From Candidatus Poribacteria bacterium (GTDB taxonomy: Bacteria > Poribacteria > WGA-4E > WGA-3G): a stretch of 64,000 bases of DNA. Location of the stretch: the NCBI GenBank assembly GCA_965205015.1, contig OZ242029.1, positions 3,584,001 through 3,648,000 of the forward strand. The letters run 5' to 3'. Position numbers and translations under genes: made by a program. This document shows positions 1 to 10,114 of this stretch, piece by piece. The first letter of the stretch is position 1. Every line of letters starts with the position of its first letter. The notes beneath the pieces are model-generated. The model did no database searches. It worked only from the letters and a program-made list of their open reading frames with translations, and was not told the origin of the DNA.

Positions 1-461
1 AAAATCATCAATCCTAAGAAAATAAGTAGGGGTACAACAGTTGTCCCAAAAATCAGCAAACCTTGTGGGAATTTAGAGGGCGGCTTGACGTTATAGTTAA
101 TTTGGTTCTCGTCAAGTTTCGCTTGGATATCATAATCATCGATTGCATCGCGGCTGGCTCTAAATTCGCCCTGCCATTTTGGTGGAAGATGTGTTTCTTG
201 CTCTTCAAGGTCCACGCTCTCCAGAATCTCGGCGCGGATTTCATTGAGTCTATTTTTATTGAACTGTCCTTCAACCCATTCTTCATCTAAAACCAGATAC
301 CCTTCGAACAGGGATGAACCGCGTGTTATGTATTGATGAAAATCAGAGGTCGCGAGTTGATAAACTGGGTCTCTGCGGTTGAATAGTTGGTAAATGCCGA
401 GGACGACGAGTCCGGCAACAACTACCCACCAAATCACCATGCTTCTTGTATTTTTATTCAC
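1..461 (-). CDS. ftsH: N-terminal part of a probable FtsH membrane protease (runs off the window)
   Basis: Hand translation from GTG461 (RBS AGAGAGG upstream): MNKNTRSMVIWWVVVAGLVVLGIYQLF...NVKPPSKFPQGLLIFGTTVVPLLIFLGLMI. The TM-loop-TM layout matches the FtsH N-terminus; the AAA domain is outside the window. Confidence 0.6.
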   Translation of the reverse strand, partial: MNKNTRSMVIWWVVVAGLVVLGIYQLFNRRDPVYQLATSDFHQYITRGSSLFEGYLVLDEEWVEGQFNKNRLNEIRAEILESVDLEEQETHLPPKWQGEFRASRDAIDDYDIQAKLDENQINYNVKPPSKFPQGLLIFGTTVVPLLIFLGLMI

Positions 462-857
462 AGCCAATTGCCTCTCTGTTAAATTCTGAGCACTGACAAC
501 AAATTGATTTCAAAACGTATTTAAAGTTTATCAAAAAGTGCTTAGTTTAAAAGTATAACAGATTTTTTCCCAAATTTCAACTGAATTTACAAAAAACGTC
601 TATTTCTGCATCTCAAATCTGTTGATGCGAGTTTTAATTGGATAAATAATTGTGTTTAAGGTATACTATAATTATGAAGAAATAGGAAATAGATACAACA
701 AAATATTGAGAACTGCGTTGGGATGTTTACGGAATGATCCAGCGCGGTCATAACAGAATAGATTAAAATTTTCCGTATAAAGCGCAAAATAGTGTGCCTT
801 GAAATCCAACCGGACATAAAATCCAACCCTACAGGCTATCCTGGAAAGGAGGAGTTT

Positions 858-1568
858 ATGAATTTTAACAAACAGATACTTGCGACAATTATCCTTTTGC
901 TGGCTACGGTACCTCATGTATTAGGGCATGTCACGGGTCGGAACCTTCAAAATTTTCAATATAATGCTGATCTCGCGCCGGTTGCACCTATTGTAGATGG
1001 ATACCTTGACGATCCGGCTTGGGAAAGGATGATTCCCGGGAAACTCGAACAGGACTTAATGAGTGGAGACCGCTGGAGCGAATCGCCCGATTTTACAGGG
1101 ACCTTCGCAGCCGTGTGGCGAAACGGTTTCCTCTATATAGGGGTTAAATTAATCGACGACCAACTGGAAAACCGACAACGGAAGCTGCTGCGTGAGGATC
1201 ATCTCATCGTTTACGTGGATCCACATCATTCAGGACGCATGGAAGACCTCTACCGTTTTAATATCCCAATTGAAAAGGAAATGGGCACACTAAAATCACC
1301 ATTGACGCGAGTCGCGTGGGGAAACGATGGACAGACATGTGAGTTAAGTTTCCGCCTCGACAATCTCGCAAGGAAGGGGAATAGTATCGGGTTCTTCATC
1401 GCCTATAACGATGTTGATAGCGGTCATCTTCAACATAAAATCGCTTGGGCGCCAGAGGGGTACACTGAGGAAAACCGTGATCTTCCTGATCTCGCCTTCA
1501 CTGCGAGGATTGAACCGACTCGGCAACAAAAATTAATCCAGTGGGGACGTATCAAAAGTCTCTATTAG
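858..1568 (+). CDS. Secreted CBM9/DOMON-like sugar-binding protein
   Basis: AGGAGG RBS before ATG858, signal peptide, 'PIVDGYLDDPAW', 'W..LYIGV..DD', 'YNDVD'; degenerate WGxIK tail. Confidence 0.65.
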   Translation: MNFNKQILATIILLLATVPHVLGHVTGRNLQNFQYNADLAPVAPIVDGYLDDPAWERMIPGKLEQDLMSGDRWSESPDFTGTFAAVWRNGFLYIGVKLIDDQLENRQRKLLREDHLIVYVDPHHSGRMEDLYRFNIPIEKEMGTLKSPLTRVAWGNDGQTCELSFRLDNLARKGNSIGFFIAYNDVDSGHLQHKIAWAPEGYTEENRDLPDLAFTARIEPTRQQKLIQWGRIKSLY

Positions 1569-1645
1569 TCTGCAACTATAGGGCGAGGTGTGAAAACCTC
1601 GCCCTACGGTTCAATGAAACACCCCTACGTAGCGCTGGAGAATTC

Positions 1646-1828
1646 GTGTATTATATCGGTAAAACTTTGGAATTGATGGGCATCGCCTGTTTAGGCGCAG
1701 GACTCTACTTAGGCTGCGTCAATCCGTATGGTTACAGTGAATCCAAAGCAATGGGCGTTGAGATGGGTTTCCTAACGCTCGGTGTTTTGGTTTTTTTTGT
1801 CGGCAGACTCATTGAAAAACGGCAATGA
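1646..1828 (+). CDS. Small 2-TM membrane protein
   Basis: GGAG RBS before GTG1646; two hydrophobic segments. Confidence 0.55.
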   Translation: MYYIGKTLELMGIACLGAGLYLGCVNPYGYSESKAMGVEMGFLTLGVLVFFVGRLIEKRQ

Positions 1829-1847
1829 GGATTGACCTCTGTCCTTA

Positions 1848-2735
1848 TCAGAGCTGCGTAATGGCAATACCTTGTTCGCCTGCAACCGAATAGAGGAGCC
1901 ACGTTTTTCCATCTTCACAGTAGATCGCTGGATCGCGAAGTTGATGCACGGGTTTCCGATCCAACCCACCTGTCGACGGTTTAATCGGTAGATCCACCCC
2001 CTCAAAATCGTACTTTGGCGCGAGCACCTCTGTTGGTGCAGAGGGATGCCAATCGTTCCAATCGTCTGTCAATTGTACAGTGCTTTTAAGGATGCGCTCT
2101 GGGGTATCTCCGTAGAGTGAGTAATAGATGGTTAAGGTATCCCCTTCAAGATGGTTTGCTGTATGTCGTGGGAAACCTGTGTTGTCCTTAGCCGATTTAC
2201 GTGGGAAGAGCGGCGTGTCTCGCTGAATGAACCTTGCTGTAAATTCCGGTGTTTCCGCACGGCTTATCCAGCCGTGATGTGTCGCGTAGGGGTGTCCCTT
2301 CCACCAAAAGACGCGAAGATAGGCTCCGTTTCGTTTGTCCAGTGTATCTGTAGCCTTGTAGTCTACGCCGCCCGCAGAGGTTGCCCAAGAGCTTGCCTGT
2401 CCTCTGCCGTAGGTTCCGTGAAAATACATAAAGAAACGGCGATTTTCTTCATCTATGTGGACATCCGGAGAAGCGATGTGGTCGCGGTCCCGAAATACGG
2501 TAGTGTCCCGATGCAACGACCCGGGAAAATAGAGGGTGTAAGGACCTTCAAGGGCATCGGCATACGCCATTCGTATATAGGCACCGCGATGATGTGCGAA
2601 GTAGAGATAGTATTTCCCTAAGGGCCGTTCTACCCACTCCGGCACGCGAACGAGTGAGGGTCCATTGACATTCGAGAAGCCGTGTTCCCAGTCAAGGTCG
2701 CGCATGTCGGGATCAATCAGTAGTGTTCGTTTCAT
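1848..2735 (-). CDS. Five-bladed beta-propeller glycoside hydrolase-like protein (GH43/GH32 fold)
   Basis: 'YYLYFAHH', 'EGPYT', 'HIASPDV', 'LRDPAI', 'LLYSVAGE' motifs. Confidence 0.6.
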   Translation of the reverse strand: MKRTLLIDPDMRDLDWEHGFSNVNGPSLVRVPEWVERPLGKYYLYFAHHRGAYIRMAYADALEGPYTLYFPGSLHRDTTVFRDRDHIASPDVHIDEENRRFFMYFHGTYGRGQASSWATSAGGVDYKATDTLDKRNGAYLRVFWWKGHPYATHHGWISRAETPEFTARFIQRDTPLFPRKSAKDNTGFPRHTANHLEGDTLTIYYSLYGDTPERILKSTVQLTDDWNDWHPSAPTEVLAPKYDFEGVDLPIKPSTGGLDRKPVHQLRDPAIYCEDGKTWLLYSVAGEQGIAITQL

Positions 2736-2746
2736 ATTTCTCCTCT

Positions 2747-3568
2747 CTAATCGTGGGTCTGAAACCGGTATACCTCTTGTGCGTCTTCAGACATGTTGTT
2801 CCATATCTCTTTTGGAATCCGTGCCCCAAAGATTCCCGGGGCGTTGGGGGAATGGTGAAACCTTCGAAAGTAGACGAGTGCGAGCATGTGCCGGACAATA
2901 TCCTTTGTCCGATTCGGCATTGCCCGATGCCAGCATCGCATATCACGCACGACGACTGAACCGGCAGGCATTTCTAACTGAAATGATGGGTAATTTGCCG
3001 CGCGCGCTTCCTCACAGACGTTGTAAGGTGTGTTGCGTACCGGCTCATCATCAACGATGAGATGGGAACCGGGCCACACCTCTGTCGCGCCGTTCTCTAT
3101 TGTGAAATCAACGAGCGGAATGTTAACGACGATCGTTGAAACGGGCAGTGCGAACGGAAGTTCCGGAAAGAGTTGTCCCGAATCTCGGTGAATCCACTGG
3201 ATTTCGTTACCGGGACGAGTTGAGTTGCAACCGTAAGGCAGATAGGCGAACACCTGTTCGCCCATTGCGGCTTTCAGGAGTGGCATTGCGAAGGGGTTAT
3301 CGATGATGCGGGGATCCATGAACGGCATCTTTAGCATTGGGTGCTCACCCTCATGACCGTTCTCCTCATTGCTAAGCACAGTTTCCATGGCGACGTTAAG
3401 TTCCGCTATCCAATCCCGTGGAAGCACGCTTTCAATAACGACCAATCCTGCCTCGCGCAACAGACGCTCGCCTGCCTCGATGCTTTCTGGCGTGAGTGTA
3501 TTTTCAGCACGTTCCTGCTCGGAAATCTCAAGAACGGGGATATTTACTGTTTTTCCTATAGTTGTCAT
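2747..3568 (-). CDS. Phytanoyl-CoA dioxygenase (PhyH) family Fe/2OG enzyme
   Basis: HRD, 'ENGATEVWPGSH', distal 'WHRAMPN'. Confidence 0.85.
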   Translation of the reverse strand: MTTIGKTVNIPVLEISEQERAENTLTPESIEAGERLLREAGLVVIESVLPRDWIAELNVAMETVLSNEENGHEGEHPMLKMPFMDPRIIDNPFAMPLLKAAMGEQVFAYLPYGCNSTRPGNEIQWIHRDSGQLFPELPFALPVSTIVVNIPLVDFTIENGATEVWPGSHLIVDDEPVRNTPYNVCEEARAANYPSFQLEMPAGSVVVRDMRCWHRAMPNRTKDIVRHMLALVYFRRFHHSPNAPGIFGARIPKEIWNNMSEDAQEVYRFQTHD

Positions 3569-3589
3569 TTTCTCAATCCGCCTTTCTGA

Positions 3590-4327
3590 TTAGTTTCGTA
3601 GAAATTTTAACTCCATTCGAATTGCTTGACGAACCCGCTCACATACGTCCATTGCTTGGGATGCGTCGCCATTTGTTAATTTACTGGGATAGCGGAGGTC
3701 TACTTCACGTTCGGAAAGTGTTAAAAAATCAACGCGCCACGCGTGCCACGCTGGAATCGTTGGGACAATCAAATCCAGCAAACTTTCTAAACCGTGCGTT
3801 TTTGAAAAACAGATGTTCGCCTCTTGGAGCCAGGCCTTTAGGTGTTTTTTTATACACTGTTGGGCGTGGAAGCAGATCCTATAGAAATCGGGTGCCTCTG
3901 CCTGCTGATGCAATGCTATCGCAGCATAATCGCCTTCAGCTTTCCGTACCCATTCAAGCGTTAATGGATTAATAGACGCGTTCTCTGTTTCCAAGATTTT
4001 CGTGAGGATGTTGTCAGGACCATAAAGCACTTCTCCTTTTTCCGTGATTTCTCGGAGAAACCAATCGTTGTATGAGGTACGGTAGGCGATTTCCTCTGGC
4101 GACCGCACGAGCACATCCATAGGGAAACGGCGCGGAATGCGCTGACGAATTTCCACGCTGTGACGGCGGGTTTCTGATTCCGGAATGTCCATGACGACCA
4201 GCAGATCAACGTCTGAATCTTCTGTCGGCGTTCCATAAGCATAGGATCCAAAGAGTATAACCTGTAGTGGTGTGAATTCACGAACGATGTCATCACACGT
4301 TGCTTGAATGTCCTCGCGAGTAACCAT
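3590..4327 (-). CDS. Fused minimal nucleotidyltransferase (MNT) + HEPN domain protein
   Basis: N-half 'LFGSYAYG..EDSDVDLLVV'; C-half 'EWVRKAEGD..CFHAQQ..KTH..RYP'. Confidence 0.85.
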   Translation of the reverse strand: MVTREDIQATCDDIVREFTPLQVILFGSYAYGTPTEDSDVDLLVVMDIPESETRRHSVEIRQRIPRRFPMDVLVRSPEEIAYRTSYNDWFLREITEKGEVLYGPDNILTKILETENASINPLTLEWVRKAEGDYAAIALHQQAEAPDFYRICFHAQQCIKKHLKAWLQEANICFSKTHGLESLLDLIVPTIPAWHAWRVDFLTLSEREVDLRYPSKLTNGDASQAMDVCERVRQAIRMELKFLRN

Positions 4328-4351
4328 CTGCCCTACCTCCTATTTTCTGAA

Positions 4352-4380
4352 AGTATAACATAAAATGTGAAGTCAGTCAA
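4352..4380 (-). promoter_or_regulatory. sigma70-type promoter of the MNT-HEPN gene
   Basis: TTGACT-N17-TATACT, with TG extended -10. Confidence 0.65.
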
Positions 4381-4528
4381 GATTCATTGCTACATGAAAG
4401 ATAAACAGGTCCAAATGAGAAAAAATTGTTGTTTTCTCCTGCGAATTTGTATAAAATAAAGCAAACTTTCAAGCTACACCTGATTAGGTTTAGTTTCAGA
4501 ATCACATTTATAGGTAAAGGAGCGTGCG

Positions 4529-5317
4529 ATGACACCTGAAGTCGCTTTACAAAAACGGGAGCAGATGATCGAAGAGGGGTTCTGCGTTGTTGATGATGTT
4601 CTGACGGAGGAATTTCTACAGGAACTCCGAGACGAGTCGGAACGGCTTATCGCAGGACACGTGGAACCCGAGGATGTTATCTATCAAGGACAGCACGTCA
4701 ACGTCCGCGGTGAGGATAACACGCATATTCAAAAATTGCTGGAATGGCAACCCTCACGTGAGGCACTTGAACAAATCGGATTCGGAGATTTCGTCTCATC
4801 CGGCGGGATCATTATTCTGACGAAGGAGTCAGAGGGACCCCCGCTCTATTGGCATCAAGATTGGATGCGCTGGAACGATCCGCTGAGTTGCGCCCCATGG
4901 CCACAAACGATTTTCCTTAATTATTATCTCACAGATACGAATCGGGAAAACGGTTGTTTAAAGGTCATTCCGGGAACACACCGCAAGCGCATCGATTTAC
5001 ACGATATATTGGTGCCAGCACATGAGCAGGGCGCGCGGTTTATTGATGAAGAGCATCCTATCATGTTTAGTGATCACCCGGATCAAGTCGATGTCTGTGC
5101 GAAAGCGGGTTCGTTGGTAATGGCAGATGCGCGTATTTTACACTCCGCCCACAAAAACCTTACCGATGTTCGACGCACGTTAATTCTCGCGTGGCATAGT
5201 CGTCCGAATACTGTGCCAGACTATTGGGATAGAGAAATCCCGGAAATCATTGCGAATCGCGACGAAGACGCGAATTATCCCATGTCTCGTATCCCTGGTG
5301 ATCTCTTACAGTCATAA
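4529..5317 (+). CDS. PhyH family dioxygenase
   Basis: WHQD, 'ENGCLKVIPGTH', 'LHSAHKN'. Confidence 0.88.
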   Translation: MTPEVALQKREQMIEEGFCVVDDVLTEEFLQELRDESERLIAGHVEPEDVIYQGQHVNVRGEDNTHIQKLLEWQPSREALEQIGFGDFVSSGGIIILTKESEGPPLYWHQDWMRWNDPLSCAPWPQTIFLNYYLTDTNRENGCLKVIPGTHRKRIDLHDILVPAHEQGARFIDEEHPIMFSDHPDQVDVCAKAGSLVMADARILHSAHKNLTDVRRTLILAWHSRPNTVPDYWDREIPEIIANRDEDANYPMSRIPGDLLQS

Positions 5318-5350
5318 CGCAGCGCGGTATCTTTAAGATATGGAGCAGAA

Positions 5351-6109
5351 ATGATTCCAATTGACCTTTCCAATAGAGTCGCGGTGATTACTGGCGGTTC
5401 AGGCGCATTGGGACGCGTGATGGTAAGGACCTTGGCAGAAGCGGGTGCGGATATTGCGATCTGCTACTACCGGGACCAAGAGACAGCCCACCTGCTACAG
5501 GACGAAATTACCGCCAAAGGTGTCCGGGCAGCCGTGGTACAGGCGGATGTCACGGATCAGGCGTCGATAAATGCTATGCGTGATGTCGTCTCAGAACAAC
5601 TCGGTTCGGCAGATATCATCGTCAATAATGCCGTCATTCAGTATAACTGGACTTCGGTTTTAGAACAGTCCGCTGCGGACTATGAGAGCCAGTTTCAGTC
5701 ATGCGTCCTGCACAATGTATACATGGCACAAGCGTTTGTCCCCGCGATGATCGCATCGGGATGGGGACGGGTCGTCAGCATTAATACAGAATGTTCAATG
5801 CAAAACTTTGTAAGACAGAGCGCCTATACATCGGGAAAACGGGGTATGGACGGTGTCTTGCGGGTGCTCGCTAAAGAGGTGGGTGCACACGGTGTTACTG
5901 TCAACCAGGTTGCACCGGGATGGACTGTCAGTGAAAAGAGTGAAGCGAGTGCGTCGGATGAACATTACTGGCGTAACGTCCCGATGCAACGCCGTGGCAC
6001 TGCCCAAGAGATCGCCAACGTCGTGCTTTTTCTGGCATCAGACCTCGCCAGTTACATCACGGGTGCGTATATCCCGGTGTGCGGTGGGAATGTGATGCCG
6101 ACAATTTGA
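5351..6109 (+). CDS. SDR family oxidoreductase (FabG-like)
   Basis: TGGSGALG, NNA, YTSGK, 'VNQVAPG'. Confidence 0.9.
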   Translation: MIPIDLSNRVAVITGGSGALGRVMVRTLAEAGADIAICYYRDQETAHLLQDEITAKGVRAAVVQADVTDQASINAMRDVVSEQLGSADIIVNNAVIQYNWTSVLEQSAADYESQFQSCVLHNVYMAQAFVPAMIASGWGRVVSINTECSMQNFVRQSAYTSGKRGMDGVLRVLAKEVGAHGVTVNQVAPGWTVSEKSEASASDEHYWRNVPMQRRGTAQEIANVVLFLASDLASYITGAYIPVCGGNVMPTI

Positions 6110-6179
6110 AAAATTTATTCAGCAGTCTTGAAGGCAACTGATCATATCCCAAGCCGACCTTGATGCTTAAGAAGGAAAT

Positions 6180-7016
6180 ATGGAACGACATAAACTCGAG
6201 TACGAAGTACTAAACGACCACAATCCGAATGGAGAAACCGGGCAACACTGGGAAATTGAGGTGCATGCTGCCCCTGAAGAATTGCAGACGTTCGCCGAGA
6301 CGGGTTACCTCGTTCGGGAAGGACTCTTTCAGGGACGGGCACTCCAAAAATTGCGGGATGCTCTCGATCGTTTGGAGGAACGTGAATGGAAAAAACGGGA
6401 CAGCGCAATGGCTGGTAAACGGGGATGGGGTTTTATTCCACGTCATTTAATGGATAAAGATGAAGCATTCTTGGAGCTTCTAAAATTCCAACCGACTTTA
6501 ACAATTGCCCGTGCGATGATGGGACCCCTTGTGCGGTTGCGGGGTCTGAGCGCACGCATTACTTATCCGGGTGAGGATCGGGAACACCAAACGCCGTGGC
6601 ACCAACACCTACGGGTCGTATCTAACCCGTTGCCACCGTGGTTTTCACGTCCACACTGCATCGATTGCCTCATCTATCTCGATGATCTGAACGAAGATAC
6701 CGGGGCGGTCGCAGTCGTTCCTGGATCGCATGACTGGTTAGACAAGGCAACACCAAATGTTTATGGACCGGTGGAGGGCGAAATTGAGCTACGTGTGAGA
6801 GCGGGGGGTGGCGTGTTAATCCACGGCAATCTTTGGCACCGAGGTTTACCAACGCTGAACGCCAAACGTCGAATGTTAATCTTAAGTTATACGCCGACAT
6901 GGCTCCGGAAATCGCCACACGGGGGTGCACAACCCGAAGATGGACTAACCCATACCTTCCTTAAAGAGGCAGACTTGGAAGAAAGGATGCTGTTAGGTGT
7001 CGGCGGATATTCCTAA
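6180..7016 (+). CDS. PhyH family dioxygenase with atypical HQH motif
   Basis: 'IYLDD..DTGAVAVVPGSH', 'LWHRG', 'RRML'; WHQH where HxD is expected. Confidence 0.85.
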   Translation: MERHKLEYEVLNDHNPNGETGQHWEIEVHAAPEELQTFAETGYLVREGLFQGRALQKLRDALDRLEEREWKKRDSAMAGKRGWGFIPRHLMDKDEAFLELLKFQPTLTIARAMMGPLVRLRGLSARITYPGEDREHQTPWHQHLRVVSNPLPPWFSRPHCIDCLIYLDDLNEDTGAVAVVPGSHDWLDKATPNVYGPVEGEIELRVRAGGGVLIHGNLWHRGLPTLNAKRRMLILSYTPTWLRKSPHGGAQPEDGLTHTFLKEADLEERMLLGVGGYS

Positions 7017-7460
7017 ACCAGACAGATGACTCCCAGACGCGGTGTGACCTTTCGCGATGATGTGGCGAAAGACAGAAAAAAATTGTTGTTTTTTTACATT
7101 CTTTATTATATATTGTTATCAGTGGATGTTGACCGCGTGAGATGCAATGGACATCTCAAATTGTAGAGTGTCGTACAATGGTTATATCCATGAGAACACT
7201 TTTTTAGCAATCTGATCTGTGGCAGGATAGAAACACTATAAAGGTATTCTCATGGTTTTGAAAGCAGTTTCCAGGCATTTATAGCACCTTGGATGATTGC
7301 AACCGGAACTCGGGGCATTCCCAAGGCGCCATTCCTATGTCGCTTTCGTTTATTTAGTCAAATCTATTCGGAAAAAGTTCGCCTTTTCTGCCTTTTGAAA
7401 TATGAACGGCTTTAACGGCACACACTGATGATGTGTGCCTCTTACAGAAGGAGACTCTCA

Positions 7461-8279
7461 ATGAATACTGCTCTTGTGTTCAGATTAATGGTGGTGGGTT
7501 TGATGCTGATAGGGGCAGTGGTGGTAAGCCACGCGCAGAGTGTTAGTGAGGAAGAACTCATCATCTACTACACTTTTAACGAAGATACTCTTAAGAAGGA
7601 TGATGTCTTAGACGTTTCTGGCAATGGAAATGATGGCTTCCTACACGGTAACGATTTAAAAATTGTGAAAGGCAAAGTCGGAGAGTGTATGGAGTTTCCG
7701 GGCAACGCGACCCAATATATTTCAGTGCGGGAACACATGTATGAGGATCCGATTAAAGAGATTACCCTCGCTGCTTGGACGAAGACTGACGTGAGAGGGA
7801 TGATTGCTTCTTGGGATAGAAGTGAATTCTTCCGTTTCGCTGTGGGGGATGACGTGGGTGGAAATGCGGCGACTACTTTTGTCGCTTTTGACAACTGTTG
7901 TCCGATCCACGATTGGTTCGGTAAAACGGATGTTGCGGATGACAAGTGGCACCATCTTGTCGCAACGTTTGATGGGAAAGAGAAACGCATCTACGTTGAT
8001 GGCGAGTTAGATGAAAAAATCGGTGCCCCGACGAAAGTCATTGGGGCTGGCGCGGCACGATTTGGGTTCATTGGCATCGGTTCAGAAGCCGCCGCATTTG
8101 ATGCAGCCGTGGGACCTACATGGGCCTTCAACGGACTTATAGATGAGTTTATGTTGTTCCATCGCGCCCTTTCTGAGAAAGAGATTGAACACCTTGCCAA
8201 AGGGCCCGAGAATCCATTTGCGGTCGATCCGGAGGGCAAATTGAGTACCACTTGGGGGTACATTAAAGACATCCAATAG
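7461..8279 (+). CDS. Secreted LamG/concanavalin A-like domain protein
   Basis: AGGAG RBS, signal peptide, 'DVSGNGNDG', 'KWHHLVATFDG..IYVDG', 'FNGLIDE..RALS'; C-tail AVDPEGKLSTTWGYIK. Confidence 0.88.
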   Translation: MNTALVFRLMVVGLMLIGAVVVSHAQSVSEEELIIYYTFNEDTLKKDDVLDVSGNGNDGFLHGNDLKIVKGKVGECMEFPGNATQYISVREHMYEDPIKEITLAAWTKTDVRGMIASWDRSEFFRFAVGDDVGGNAATTFVAFDNCCPIHDWFGKTDVADDKWHHLVATFDGKEKRIYVDGELDEKIGAPTKVIGAGAARFGFIGIGSEAAAFDAAVGPTWAFNGLIDEFMLFHRALSEKEIEHLAKGPENPFAVDPEGKLSTTWGYIKDIQ

Positions 8280-8294
8280 AAGTAGAAAGTTAGC

Positions 8295-8323
8295 GGGCGG
8301 CCTTACAGTGCCGCCCATTTTTT
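8295..8323 (+). terminator. Intrinsic terminator
   Basis: GGGCGGC/GCCGCCC stem followed by a T-run, between convergent genes. Confidence 0.65.
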
Positions 8324-8342
8324 ATGATTTCTGAACAGTGGT

Positions 8343-9116
8343 TTAGGCATCAGCTGCTGCGAGTGCTTGTTGAACACCGGGCCATTCCTTCCAGATATCG
8401 GTGTAAGCCTCATACCCATTTTCCTCACAATCAACGTGCCGCAGCCGGAAAATAACAGCATAACGGATATCAGATGCGGCATTTGGTGCCGCAGTGTGAA
8501 CGAGCTGGTGATGTGTCAGGACCACATCTCCTGCTTTCCCGACTATCTGTTTTGGTCCCTCCGGTAGTTCTGTCCTCGGCATTCCGTCAGCCAGAATCTC
8601 ATGTCCTTCCTTTTTGAAATAATCGGCGAAGAAACTGTGCGATTTCGGCCAAACGGTGAAGTTCCCGCTATACGGTTCGGGAACATCGGCGAGATAAATC
8701 ACAGCGAGTGCGGTGAATCCACGTCGATACACCCCTTTTGCCATTCCGTTTTTACCGCTTCCCAACCCGTCAAGGTGCCCGTGCGGTTCATTTGGATCCA
8801 CGTGCAATGGACCCGGAAAACGGAGTGCTATCTGTCCTGAGCTCGGCGTTTGAACGTTCCCTTCACCCATCAATGATTCGGAAAGTTTGAGGATCGGTGT
8901 TTTATTGAAAAGATCGACGATTGCGGACGCTTCGCGGATTTCGCTGCAGTAGGATTGCGCTCGATAGCGCTCTAAGTCTCCTTCGTTCATACCAACAGAG
9001 CCGATGGAGTGATTAATCGCCTGCCGCGCCGCGTCTATCATCAGTCGCGGTACAACACCGGGGATAGAAATATAACCGTTTTCATGAAACTCTAACTTCT
9101 GTTTACGACTGAGCAT
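8343..9116 (-). CDS. PhyH family dioxygenase
   Basis: GGAG RBS before ATG9116; HLD, 'GNFTVWPKSH', 'VHTAAPN'. Confidence 0.85.
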   Translation of the reverse strand: MLSRKQKLEFHENGYISIPGVVPRLMIDAARQAINHSIGSVGMNEGDLERYRAQSYCSEIREASAIVDLFNKTPILKLSESLMGEGNVQTPSSGQIALRFPGPLHVDPNEPHGHLDGLGSGKNGMAKGVYRRGFTALAVIYLADVPEPYSGNFTVWPKSHSFFADYFKKEGHEILADGMPRTELPEGPKQIVGKAGDVVLTHHQLVHTAAPNAASDIRYAVIFRLRHVDCEENGYEAYTDIWKEWPGVQQALAAADA

Positions 9117-9242
9117 ATAGGTTTCTCCATTTTGCGGGCGTGAGAGCGTCCTACCCACTCAAAGTTTAGAATGTGTTAATTATAGCATACCTAACGTTGA
9201 TTCCCCAAATATTATTATCGGCATATCTACGATCATGACGCA

Positions 9243-9971
9243 TTAATGCGTGAGGGCATAGACAACCGCATTGATCCCCATCTGCAATGCGACATTTGAA
9301 TACTCTCGTGGGTAGAGATCCTCTGCGGCATGTTCCCATGCGTCTCCAAGGTCGGTATTGAAGTTGATCATCATCATAAGCCGTCCATTATCGTCATAAA
9401 CCCCGCGGCAGTATGCGGGATAACCGTCGTATCTTTCATAGGTGCGTCCACTAAAAAGGGAGCGAAGTCCGGGAATCTGGATGAGCTTTTCGATTTTGAA
9501 GAAGCATCGGAAGATCGGATGCGATATAGGGATGTCCACCGGCTCTCGTTCTGGGAAAATTTTCTTGAACTCCGCATAAAACCATTTCCATTCGCGTTCG
9601 CCGTGGAAATCATCAATGAAGATAAAACCGCCGCGTAAGAGATAATCACGTAGGTTCTTTGCCTCTTTATAGCTTAACCTGAGGCTCCCTACCTCTAACA
9701 TGTAAGCAAACGGATATTCAAACAACTCCGTCGCACCGACATCAATAATCTTTTCACGCGGATCGGCATCAATATTCGTCTGTTTCCGGAGTTGCCAGAT
9801 AAAGTTCCGGTCGGAGGCGGGCCAATCCACTCGCCAACTGCTGCGCCTCGTAAGTTGACCGCCATACTTTAGACGAACGAAGGTGAATCTGTCCGAATCG
9901 CCCTCCGAATTCGGCAGGATAGTAGATACGGACATCACGATGAAAACGGCTAACAACTGGGTGGTTCGCAT
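9243..9971 (-). CDS. DUF4159 family secreted protein
   Basis: 'FTFVRLKY', 'DWPASDRNF', 'YLLRGGFIFIDDF', 'HPIF', 'MGINAVVYALTH'. Confidence 0.8.
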   Translation of the reverse strand: MRTTQLLAVFIVMSVSTILPNSEGDSDRFTFVRLKYGGQLTRRSSWRVDWPASDRNFIWQLRKQTNIDADPREKIIDVGATELFEYPFAYMLEVGSLRLSYKEAKNLRDYLLRGGFIFIDDFHGEREWKWFYAEFKKIFPEREPVDIPISHPIFRCFFKIEKLIQIPGLRSLFSGRTYERYDGYPAYCRGVYDDNGRLMMMINFNTDLGDAWEHAAEDLYPREYSNVALQMGINAVVYALTH

Positions 9972-10114
9972 TTTTTCGGGCTTGAAGTAGGTTCAACGCT
10001 TGGCATGAATTTCGTTCCTGAATTCCTGAATTAAAGTGTAACATATAGAACGAATTTAATCTACTTCTAAACCAGATTTGGGAGCGAAGGGCAGGTTGAA
10101 ATGAAGGCATTAGG

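Noticed and set aside
53-290. Short ORFs 53-286 and 63-290 from the track
   Set aside because: Superseded by the open minus-strand FtsH-like frame running off the window.
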